Positions 39,357-48,300 of a DNA stretch of 56,166 bases are shown here, piece after piece; within the stretch, counting starts at the first letter, position 1; each line of letters begins with the position of its first letter. This DNA is from an uncultured Candidatus Saccharibacteria bacterium (GTDB taxonomy: Bacteria > Patescibacteriota > Minisyncoccia > Phycocordibacterales > UBA9973): positions 300,410-356,575 of the forward strand of contig CAZGOI010000001.1 of NCBI GenBank assembly GCA_964527185.1. The letters run 5' to 3'. Position numbers and translations under genes: made by a program. Below the pieces are notes generated by a model, which saw only the letters and a list, made by a program, of their open reading frames with translations, was not told the DNA's origin and made no database searches.

Positions 39357-40112
39357 CTAGTCCCTCTTTACTTTCAATTTTGCTTCGATTTCATCTTCGA
39401 GGTTGAAGAATTCGCTCGACCGTCTTTGCCGAGGGCGGGGCAGGGTGTTTGCAAAGACGTGGTCGATTTTGGCTGGCCGAGAAGATATGACCGCGATACG
39501 GTCGCCGAGCTCGATAGCCTCTTCGATATTGTGGGTGACCATGATGATGGTCGGCTTCTGCGATTGCCAGATTTGCAAAAATTCGCCGCGCAGAGCGTTC
39601 GCTGTGAATGAATCGAGCGCCGAGAACGGCTCGTCCATAAATATGACTTTTGGTTCGATGGCAAAGGCTCTGGCCAGCCCGACCCGTTGCCGCATGCCAC
39701 CAGAGAGTTCACGAGGGTAGGAGAGTTCAAATTGCGAGAGGCCAAATCGCTTGAGCTCGCGCTCGACCCGAGACCTGCGCTCGGCGTCGCTTAGATTTTT
39801 TGCAAGAAGCCCAAGCTCGATATTTTCATAAACTGTCAGCCACGGCATGAGCGCAAAACCTTGGAAGACGAACGCCATTTCGCTCCTATCTATTTTTTCT
39901 TTGAATGTAAAACTGCCGTGGTCTTCTTTATCGAGTCCAGAGAGTATGCGCAAGAGAGTTGACTTGCCGCAGCCCGACGGCCCGACGATGACAAAAAATT
40001 CTCCTTGGTCGATCGACAGGTTGATGTGGTCGAGCACGAGCAGTCGCTTGCCGAGGCCGCCTTCACGAAAAGATTTTGTCAGGTTATCAATTGTAATTAA
40101 TGCTTTTGCCAT
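39357..40112 (-). CDS. ABC transporter ATP-binding protein (nitrate/sulfonate type)
   Basis: GPSGCGKST, LSGGMRQR, MDEPFSALD, VTHNIEEA. Confidence 0.95.
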   Translation of the reverse strand: MAKALITIDNLTKSFREGGLGKRLLVLDHINLSIDQGEFFVIVGPSGCGKSTLLRILSGLDKEDHGSFTFKEKIDRSEMAFVFQGFALMPWLTVYENIELGLLAKNLSDAERRSRVERELKRFGLSQFELSYPRELSGGMRQRVGLARAFAIEPKVIFMDEPFSALDSFTANALRGEFLQIWQSQKPTIIMVTHNIEEAIELGDRIAVISSRPAKIDHVFANTLPRPRQRRSSEFFNLEDEIEAKLKVKRD

Positions 40113-40113
40113 A

Positions 40114-40845
40114 TTATTCTTCGATCATTTTGTGGCTCCACTCGAGCAGTGGTAGCCAGATGAGCTTGTTGATGCTAAATATGATAATTAAAAATCCAAG
40201 CACGCCAAAAATTGTGACATTGACATCGTGAGAATACGAATTGAAAAATGTCCCAAGCCCAGTGTGAATGCCGGCGATGATCTCGGTCGCGACCAGCGCT
40301 TCCCAGCCGTCGCCCAAGCCGACGATCGTACCGGTGATCAGGCCGGGGACAGAAACTGGTATCAAAAATTTTTTCAAATAGGCCAAACCTTTCAAATTAT
40401 AAATCTGCGCTGCTTCTTCCCATTCGCTGCGCATCAGCTTCAGGCCACTGATGATTGAAAATAGTATCGGCCAGATTATTGTGATGACAAGGAAAAAAAT
40501 TACTGTAAAATTAGACCCGCCCCAAAAATATGTGACCAGTGGCAGAGCAGCAAAGGTCGGAAAACTCTGCAAGACATCAAAGACCGGCAGTGCGATATCG
40601 GCCCGCTTGCCTCGAAAGAAATAAACGGCGAGCGCCCAGCCCAAAATTGCAGATATTATGTAGGCCACGAGCAATCGCCAGAGTGACGCGCCGAGGTCAG
40701 AGAAAAGCACGCCAGTGTTTAGCTTGCCGATATCGGCAAAAACTATGATGAAGACAAATGGCACGACTATGACGCCGAGGGTCACGAGCACGTGACCCCA
40801 CGAGCGGTAGATCAGACTTCTTCTCTTGTGGTGATTGTATGCCAC
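40114..40845 (-). CDS. ABC transporter permease (nitrate/sulfonate type)
   Basis: SLWRLLVAY, EAA loop EEAAQIYNL, WEALVATE. Confidence 0.9.
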   Translation of the reverse strand: MAYNHHKRRSLIYRSWGHVLVTLGVIVVPFVFIIVFADIGKLNTGVLFSDLGASLWRLLVAYIISAILGWALAVYFFRGKRADIALPVFDVLQSFPTFAALPLVTYFWGGSNFTVIFFLVITIIWPILFSIISGLKLMRSEWEEAAQIYNLKGLAYLKKFLIPVSVPGLITGTIVGLGDGWEALVATEIIAGIHTGLGTFFNSYSHDVNVTIFGVLGFLIIIFSINKLIWLPLLEWSHKMIEE

Positions 40846-40854
40846 GAAATAATT

Positions 40855-41277
40855 TTATTGCGAAATCGGCTGTAAAATGCTGACGCGATTGTTCTCGGTA
40901 TCTTGAAACGATATCCAGAGCCCGACGCCGGGAATCATTACTGGTTCCATGCTAATCTCGCCTTTTTCATTCATGGCGCCCAAGATCTTGCCGCCATTTG
41001 TTTTGATCGCTTCGATCGCGCCCTTGATATCATGGACCGAGATGACGACCGACGGTGCGTGCGACAGGGGATTCTCGGTTTTTTTATAGAAGCCGCCGTT
41101 GATAGTGCCTGGGGTTTTGACCATGCCCCCTTCGTCGGTCTCGGCAGTTTGGGCCACGACATAGCCGCCCATGTCGGGCCCCATCTCTTTCATATTCCAA
41201 TTAAAAGTTTCCCGATAAAATTTCTCTGCCCTATCCTTATCAAAATATCCCATTTCAAAATGTATAACTGGATTCAT
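40855..41277 (-). CDS. VOC/glyoxalase family protein
   Basis: VIHFEM, INGGF, IPGVGLWISFQDTENNRVSILQ. Confidence 0.88.
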   Translation of the reverse strand: MNPVIHFEMGYFDKDRAEKFYRETFNWNMKEMGPDMGGYVVAQTAETDEGGMVKTPGTINGGFYKKTENPLSHAPSVVISVHDIKGAIEAIKTNGGKILGAMNEKGEISMEPVMIPGVGLWISFQDTENNRVSILQPISQ

Positions 41278-41322
41278 ATTATTTTTTTTGTTTTTATTGT
41301 TAATGAATCTATTATATCAAGT

Positions 41323-41592
41323 TTAAGATTTTTTAGCAGATGGTTTTATTTTTTTATTTAACTTGTCAAAATCAGTGATTTTATACACTTTTCCTTTTTG
41401 ATCGTATGTCGTCCACTTTCCTGTTTGTTTATTGTTGATGAAATACCCTGATCTGAGTTTGGTGCCATCTTTGCGAAACCAAAGCCAATAACCATCTAGT
41501 TTTCCATTCTTGAAAGTACCTTTAGCTCGTATTCCACCATCCTTAAAATATTCTGTATGGTTTTTCTTTTTTGTATTTTTACTATTTGACAT
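41323..41592 (-). CDS. Small MORN-variant-repeat-like protein
   Basis: Repeats of G.F.NGKLDGYW.W / G.F..NKQTGKWTTY. Confidence 0.7.
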   Translation of the reverse strand: MSNSKNTKKKNHTEYFKDGGIRAKGTFKNGKLDGYWLWFRKDGTKLRSGYFINNKQTGKWTTYDQKGKVYKITDFDKLNKKIKPSAKKS

Positions 41593-41715
41593 AAAGAAGA
41601 GATTGTTAATGCTGGCTGTCTCGAGCTAGAACCTTTCTCGGTCAAGCCTTGTAAGGTTATTTTAACACTTTTTTGGATTCATTTCTGGCGCGTCTTGAGT
41701 AGAGTACTGTATATG

Positions 41716-42123
41716 TTATTTCCCTATTAACTCACATAGCTTCTCTCTGGCTTCTTCGACTGTCGAGACAACAAAACCAGTTTTCTTAACAAATTCGATA
41801 GACCATCTAGGATTACGAGCTTCTTGCCAAACGATGATTAAGTTTTTTGCTGTGCCTCCTGGTTTTTCAGTATTATTTGCTAGAAAATACCCGATTTCAA
41901 TCCAAGTAGCTTCCGAAGGAGCAACACCAGGATTAGCAACCAGATATTCAGCAGATTTTATTCCTCTTAAATCATCAGGGAAAAATGTGTTGGGAGAAGT
42001 TTGGTCTGAATCAAATTCCCAGTCATGGAATTCACATTCGGAAATATCTTTGAAAATTTCCTTCCAATTATTATCATGTTCGTTTGATTGTCCTGCCAAA
42101 TATACCTTGATCTTTTTTCTCAT
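41716..42123 (-). CDS. Nucleoside 2-deoxyribosyltransferase-like protein
   Basis: KVYLAG, DLRGIKSA, ATWIEIGY. Start probably at 42123. Confidence 0.75.
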   Translation of the reverse strand: MRKKIKVYLAGQSNEHDNNWKEIFKDISECEFHDWEFDSDQTSPNTFFPDDLRGIKSAEYLVANPGVAPSEATWIEIGYFLANNTEKPGGTAKNLIIVWQEARNPRWSIEFVKKTGFVVSTVEEAREKLCELIGK

Positions 42124-42155
42124 ATTGTTATTTTGATGCTCCTCAAACCTCAAAG

Positions 42156-42404
42156 CTATATCAAACCACTAATCAATCCTAACTTCTTTTCTCTTCTCCA
42201 TCCCTTGATCTCGCTTTCTCGATGTCTAGCTTCTTTTAATGTCGAAAAACTCTCGGAATATTTTAAAATTACAGGTCTACGAGTTTTAGTATAGTGGGCT
42301 CCCCATTTTGAATTATTGTGTTGTTTTAATCTACGTTCTAGATCATTTGTACAACCCACATAAAAAGATTTATCGGCGCATTCGAGGATATAAACAAAAT
42401 GCAT
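42156..42404 (-). CDS. Small GIY-YIG nuclease (YhbQ/UPF0213-like)
   Basis: FVYIL...FYVG.T.DLERRLKQHN...EARHRE. Confidence 0.92.
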   Translation of the reverse strand: MHFVYILECADKSFYVGCTNDLERRLKQHNNSKWGAHYTKTRRPVILKYSESFSTLKEARHRESEIKGWRREKKLGLISGLI

Positions 42405-42512
42405 AAATTAATTCTACCTCGTCGTCCTTACTTTGTCAGGACTCGCTTGGTATCTTCGTCGCAAATAAAAACAATATGGGCCGAAGGCTCTGAGGAGCAG
42501 AGCGACGAAGAG

Positions 42513-42583
42513 CTGGGGGATAGGGACTCGAACCCCAATTTACGGGACCAAAACCCGGCGTCCTACCATTAGACGATCCCCCA
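42513..42583 (-). tRNA. tRNA-Gln(TTG)
   Basis: TGGGGGA/TCCCCCA acceptor stem, CGGG-TT-TTG-GT-CCCG, GGTTCGAGTCC. Confidence 0.95.
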
Positions 42584-42592
42584 AAATGTTTT

Positions 42593-42835
42593 TTAATTAT
42601 TGAATATTGTTTTCAAAAACTTTCTACCTGATCCTGATTTTAAGTACTTTTCTCTTTTTCTGGCTTCTTCCCTAGTTCCATACATCTCTTTATGGATAAT
42701 TTCCCAAGGAAAGTAGTTTTTTGTAAAAAAAGATTTACCTGAATTATGTTCTCTTAAACGACGTTCAATGTTATCTGTCATACCTACATAGGATTTCTTG
42801 GCGACTTTGCTTTTCAGTATGTATACAAAATACAT
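42593..42835 (-). CDS. Small GIY-YIG nuclease
   Basis: FVYIL...SYVGMTDNIERRLREHN...EARKREKYLKSGSGR. Confidence 0.92.
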   Translation of the reverse strand: MYFVYILKSKVAKKSYVGMTDNIERRLREHNSGKSFFTKNYFPWEIIHKEMYGTREEARKREKYLKSGSGRKFLKTIFNN

Positions 42836-42849
42836 TGTGTAATTATAAC

Positions 42850-42928
42850 ACCAAAACCTGGCGTCCTACCCGCCTCGCATCGACAAGCTCTGCGAGTCGA
42901 GGCGGGCCATTAGACGATCCCCCAAAAT
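42850..42928 (-). repeat. Duplicated 5' half of tRNA-Gln with a 38-nt palindrome inserted in the D-loop
   Basis: Matches the tRNA from its leader through the anticodon loop (one substitution). Insert CCCGCCTCG...CGAGGCGGG at 42869-42906. Confidence 0.9.
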
Positions 42929-42971
42929 TACAATAACGCTAGTATACGCATTTTATGTTATAATTTCAACC

Positions 42972-43241
42972 ATGAAGCAAATCTGGTTCATAAAAAAACG
43001 ATATGGCTGGGGGTGGATGCCGGTCACTTGGCAGGGATGGGTCATCATGTTTGTCTATCTCATTCTCATGGTTAGCACGTTCATCCGCGTAGACAATCAT
43101 TCGCACTCGGTTTCAGACACGCTCATCGCGTTTGCTCTGCCTTTTATTTTTTTCACTTCGATTCTCATCGTCATCTGCTATAAAAAAGGCGAAAAGCCAA
43201 AATGGCAGTGGGGGAGGCCAAGAGTTGACAAAACTAAATAA
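42972..43241 (+). CDS. Small two-TM membrane protein
   Basis: WFIKKRYGWGWMPVTWQGW, two TM helices, GEKPKWQWG. Confidence 0.75.
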   Translation: MKQIWFIKKRYGWGWMPVTWQGWVIMFVYLILMVSTFIRVDNHSHSVSDTLIAFALPFIFFTSILIVICYKKGEKPKWQWGRPRVDKTK

Positions 43242-43259
43242 AAATTATATAATGCCCGC

Positions 43260-43697
43260 ATGAAAAAAACTTTTGCAATATTTACATTATTTATAGTTTT
43301 CCTTGGAGTTGGTTTTGCTATGGCCCCTGCCAAATCTGAAGCTGGCTTTGGTCTGTCTATTAGTTTTGGCCTCGGTAACAATTATGGCTATGGAAATGGC
43401 TATAGTAACTACGGCTATGGCTACCCATATTCTGGTTACGGCTACAATAATTATGGTGGCTATAACAATAATTATTATTCAAACTATAGCGGCTACAATA
43501 ACAATTACTACAACAATGGCTATTCTAACTATGGTTACAACAATTACTATAATCCAGGCTATAGCTACTACACTGGTGGCGATATATCTCCAACAGGTGG
43601 TTACTACAATACTGGCTACACATACTATCCGTCATATTCTGGTTATCAGTACGGTTATGGATACGAATATGTAAACTGCTGGACAAATGCTTGCTAA
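43260..43697 (+). CDS. Secreted Tyr/Asn/Gly-rich low-complexity protein
   Basis: Signal peptide ending AKSEA; TTGACA-17-TATAAT promoter; own terminator. Confidence 0.75.
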   Translation: MKKTFAIFTLFIVFLGVGFAMAPAKSEAGFGLSISFGLGNNYGYGNGYSNYGYGYPYSGYGYNNYGGYNNNYYSNYSGYNNNYYNNGYSNYGYNNYYNPGYSYYTGGDISPTGGYYNTGYTYYPSYSGYQYGYGYEYVNCWTNAC

Positions 43698-43710
43698 ATA
43701 AAAAAATCTA

Positions 43711-43748
43711 AGGCAAAAAAACACCCTATATGGGGTGTTTTTTTGCCT
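43711..43748 (+). terminator. Rho-independent terminator
   Basis: 16-bp stem AGGCAAAAAAACACCC/GGGTGTTTTTTTGCCT. Confidence 0.8.
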
Positions 43749-43759
43749 AAAGCTAGGTA

Positions 43760-43788
43760 TTGACTTCTACTTTTTTTTGTGATATAAG
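43760..43788 (+). promoter_or_regulatory. Sigma70-type promoter for the 449-aa gene
   Basis: TTGACT-N17-TATAAG with a TG extension. Confidence 0.65.
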
Positions 43789-43810
43789 ATAGCAAAATGT
43801 CAGGATTATA

Positions 43811-43860
43811 ATTATTGTTTGCCTCCAGAATCTTATTGGGTTTTGAAGGCAAACAATAAT
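43811..43860 (+). promoter_or_regulatory. ~22-bp 5'UTR hairpin
   Basis: ATTATTGTTTGCCT/AGGCAAACAATAAT (14 bp perfect), one C-A mismatch, then CAGAATC/GGTTTTG with G-U pairs. Confidence 0.75.
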
Positions 43861-43882
43861 ACTTAAATTTAAATCCTTTAAA

Positions 43883-45232
43883 ATGCAAGCAAATACCACA
43901 ACAACCAAAAGAACTCCTAGTATTCAGGAGTACAACGAAATTGCTGAAAATCTAATACATGAATTAAAAGATTTTTGGCATCTGGAAACCGGAATAAAAA
44001 ATGTCATCGTTAAGTCGATGAACAAACAAGAACTTCTTGTGCCAATGGTAGATTTTCACCATCGGAACAATACGGATAAATTTATTAAAAGGCTATCCGA
44101 GTTCGGTTTTCCAGCCCCAAGTATTTCAGAAGTCAATGCAGCATTCCTCGATGTAGTAAAATCTCGTCGCATAACACTGCAAAAAGACCACCAGGGTAAA
44201 CTACTCGACAACCTCGGTAGTCTGTCCGAGGTGTATGACGCCCTTAAATATCATTTTAACGAAAAGGGTATCAAGAACCTGGTTCGCTTAGGGCATGGAT
44301 TTGTCCGTGTCCAAAACAAACAGATGGCAAGAAGGGCAACAAACTTTTTAAAAGTAAAATACCCCTGCTATAAATTTATCTGTAGTGGTGAAGATATTCT
44401 TATCTACACTAAGCAAGCAACGCCCGGTATTACACCCGCCTCATATGCCGACTATCTTCGGGCAATAATTGTGACCATTTTTAAAATCGAAATCTTTGAT
44501 AACCCTTCCATCTCAGAAAATGGAATAATCGTAGGTTTTGATTCTGAGACTGTTACGCGTGATGCCCAACTGTATTGTGAATATTTTGGGATATCGTCAT
44601 CCGCAAGAGGTACGACATTGGTTTTCCCTATAGAAAAACCTCATTTCAGTATTGAACATATTAAAAATGAGTTCAGTAAAAACATCTCCGAAATCAGAGA
44701 AACAACCACTACTGAAATCATCAAAGAAACAATATCTATATCGGCCAGTGGAAAAATGAGCAATGAAGATTTTAAACGTTCTGTATGTCGTTATGTAAAG
44801 GAAAAGGGTTATAAAAAAATCAACAATTCATCTCAAAGAGAAATAAGAGCCTACACCTACAGTATGGGGCTCAAGGGAGATTTAAACCAAATAGTAGATC
44901 AGGCTAAAATAGATCACCCCGAATGGATTGTTGTAATCAAAAAATCTGGTAAATATATTGATTTCACCCTAAATCAGGAATACTCCCAGAAAACCAGCAA
45001 CTCACCTTTGCAATCACATCAAGCAAGTACGGATGTTAAATTCGAAGAATCGAAAAGATCAAGCGGCGATCCAATGATCGATGTAGAGATTTCAATCCCG
45101 CTTTCATCTATCGAAAAGAAAGTACTGAAAGATGTATCAGATGAATCCCTGATAAAAGAAATGAAAAGAAGAGGACCGGATTTTGCCAAGAAAGTATTTA
45201 CTAGGATACTTTCTGTGTGGCAGAAATCATGA
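43883..45232 (+). CDS. Hypothetical 449-aa protein
   Basis: Long AT-rich ORF with promoter and terminator. No family recognised. Confidence 0.8.
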   Translation: MQANTTTTKRTPSIQEYNEIAENLIHELKDFWHLETGIKNVIVKSMNKQELLVPMVDFHHRNNTDKFIKRLSEFGFPAPSISEVNAAFLDVVKSRRITLQKDHQGKLLDNLGSLSEVYDALKYHFNEKGIKNLVRLGHGFVRVQNKQMARRATNFLKVKYPCYKFICSGEDILIYTKQATPGITPASYADYLRAIIVTIFKIEIFDNPSISENGIIVGFDSETVTRDAQLYCEYFGISSSARGTTLVFPIEKPHFSIEHIKNEFSKNISEIRETTTTEIIKETISISASGKMSNEDFKRSVCRYVKEKGYKKINNSSQREIRAYTYSMGLKGDLNQIVDQAKIDHPEWIVVIKKSGKYIDFTLNQEYSQKTSNSPLQSHQASTDVKFEESKRSSGDPMIDVEISIPLSSIEKKVLKDVSDESLIKEMKRRGPDFAKKVFTRILSVWQKS

Positions 45233-45258
45233 TTGGTAGGTATTGCATCAAAATCAAG

Positions 45259-45284
45259 AAACCCCCTATATATACAGGGGGTTT
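45259..45284. terminator. Shared bidirectional terminator
   Basis: AAACCCCCT-atatatac-AGGGGGTTT between the convergent island genes. Confidence 0.75.
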
Positions 45285-45305
45285 ATAATTTCCATGACAA
45301 CATCA

Positions 45306-48300
45306 TCAATTTATAGCCTGTCCACCGACATGCTGAGATAATTCTTCATACGCCAAACCAGCTGCCCTTTGAATCGCATGCTCAGGTGTAATACCCAAAG
45401 CACTTGTTTCCCAGCCAAGGACTTTAATCCGTCCCTTGTAAAGTACATTGTTTTTGTGTTTTACTTCAGTAGTAGATTTTTTTATCTCCCCAAATCTGGC
45501 TTTTTCACACAAATTCTCAAGCATAGCCATCGGCTTTTTGCTGACATTAGTGTCCGCGCACCGAGAGAAGCTCGGCAAAGAATATGTCAGCTGTAGGGCA
45601 AGTGTTACTCGGGCAAATTTTTTAGCTTCATCAACATTCTGGTGGAATGCTGGCTTACCAGAAAATTTTATTCCCTTGAATTTCTCGACATAAGCCACTA
45701 CGACCGAAAGGTTATTTCTCTCTGTTATTGTGTATATTACTTCCTGATACTGGTTTTCATATACCATCAATTCCAGAGCCTTCAGTAAGTTATTGAAGCG
45801 TTTGCTCCCAACATAGACAGTAATCTCCCCGCTAACCATTTTAGCATCAATAATTTTCTGAAATTCCACGGCTGCAGCTTTTTCTGCTACTTCTTTACTT
45901 ACACTTGAAACTATAGGGCTTGAATACTTTAAACCCTCAGGTAATTCAAGGTGAGCTTGAGCAATGTACTTTGGTTCCTGTTTGTACAGGTCCCTTGGGT
46001 GCGACGTTATGTCTGGCTCAACACCGAAAAATTTCCGGCATGTAAAGTTGAGTGTTTCAATGGGGAATTCGTTTCCAACCAAACCTATGCCTGTCTTTTT
46101 TTCTATAACACCGAAACCAATCTTCTTTTTAGACGGAATAACTTTATTCTCAATCCTCTTCTTTGGCTGATTGAAACCACTTTGTGTAGATGCGTATTTA
46201 TTCACACGAGGGTCATGGAAAGATCTTCTCTCTTGCAAACCGGCTCTCCTCATTAATTCTATAAAGGAAGTCATGTTTGAAGAAGTAAGGGAAGTTTTGT
46301 TTTCATTGAGGTTTAGATTAACCATGATTAAACCGTTCCTAAATTTATCAAACCTCCTTTTAGCAAATGAGTGCAACGAACTCTGCCTCACACTCATCAA
46401 TGCGTCGATCGAGTCAAAACCTTCTTTTATAAGAATTTCCGAGGTGTATTTAAGCATCTCCTCTTTGTTACCCAAAGATAATGCTAAACGCAACTCTTCT
46501 TGTTCTATAAAATTGATTTCGCCAAGTCGAAACATATTTGATGTGATAACATTCACATTGTCCTCAGACTGAGGGCCGGTTAGTGAACGAGTTTGTTCTT
46601 CATACATCTTTTGTTCGATGAAAGGGAAGGCTCGTCTCTCCTCGGTATTGAGCAGGTTCCAAATTTCAGTCCAGCTCTTTCCTTTACGAAGAAGTTCAAA
46701 AACTTTCTTTTCAATTTCGTACGCAGTTCCCCAACCGGCAATAAGGCCGCCTGAGATAATTGTACTTCTGCCAAATATACCAAGGACACTTGCAAGCAGA
46801 TGTTTGTCTGAGACAAACACTAGGTCAAGAATAACCAGGTCATCCAAGGGGCTATCTTTATCAATTCTTATACCACGACCTAGATTCTGAACTAGTTTCC
46901 ATTGTGATCCAAGTCCGAGTGGTCGTAGTAGAATTATCATGTTCACAAAGGGCAGGTCAATACCTTCGCCAACTTTTTCAGCCGAGAAGATTAGTGTGAT
47001 CTCACCTTTGCGAAATTTTTCAATAACTACGTTATACTCACCCTCGCTCATTCGGCCATCAACATACGCTGCACGAAAATGCACATCCTTGCCGTATTTT
47101 TCTTTTATTTTTTCGGCTAGAATTTTATTACATTCTTCTGCACAAAGCTTAGCTGTATTTATCCGATCAACAAAAACAATACCCCGCCTTTGATAAATGG
47201 GTTTTGAATCCGCAAGTCTTAAACCGGGATGATCTCCAATGTAGGCTTCGGCCACGACTTCGGCTGCAATGGTAGGGTTCTTTGAAAGAATCCTTGCTAC
47301 AGAGTCGTCGTTTAGGACATCATATGTGCCATGTCCACTTTTTGTTTTAGCCTCTGAAATATCTATTTTAACACCATTGATTTTTATCAACCTAACTTGT
47401 TTCAGTTCTTGGTAAAGAATCATTTCACTGATGCTTTTGTGATAATTCAGGAATCCCACATAGTCATTCTTTTGTTTAGCTTCAGAAAGTTCAGGGCGGT
47501 AAATTTTTTCAAAGAAAAAAAATGGGTCGCGATCCGGTCCAATAACCGTAGCGCTTAACCCAAAAACTAATGTTTTCATTTCCTCAAGTAAAACCGCTAT
47601 TCGCTCTGTTACGCGGTGGCTTTCATCACATATCGTCATGAAAACCGGCTTTCTGAACTGGTCAGTAATCCTTTGAGCACGAAGCCCTTGATATGTACTG
47701 ATTGTTAATATGGAATCCTTGGCCAACTCTTTTTTCTGGCCACTTTGATTACCAGCCAGAACACGAATTTTATCATCACTAATGTCTGGTATCCATATTC
47801 TTACATCACCCTTCCTGCCTATTTCGAGCGGGATATCTTCTGCTTCTTCTTTTGGTAACTCTTCCTCAATCAACTGACCTGCAATAGCAACTCGGGATGT
47901 TAGAATATGAATTTCATAATCTAAACCAAGCTCCCGCATTGTATCAATTGCAGCCCTGACTAGTGCACCAATATGCATAGATTTTCCGCTACCCGTTGGT
48001 ACTTCAGATAGTGGTCTGACATAACCCCGCGAAAGTGTTTGTAATGTTGCAAGCAAGAGTTCTTTTTGAGTCACTCTCCAATTGCGGCTTATACCGAAAT
48101 GAAGTGGGACTAAGGTTTTCTCGAGATGCTTAATAAAGACATCTACCACGTTTTTATGTTTGAGCAAGGCATTATTCAGTGATTTATGCAGAAAAGAATT
48201 TCCCATGATCACATCTTTTGCCACTTCTCTTATTACATGACTCCTCTCCAAAGAGAAGCCATACTTTTCAATTACATGGATTAAATTACACCCATGAGTA

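Noticed and set aside
41593-41715. Possible gene remnant (MNPKKC*) between the NDT-like and MORN-like genes
   Set aside because: Too short to support a pseudogene call.
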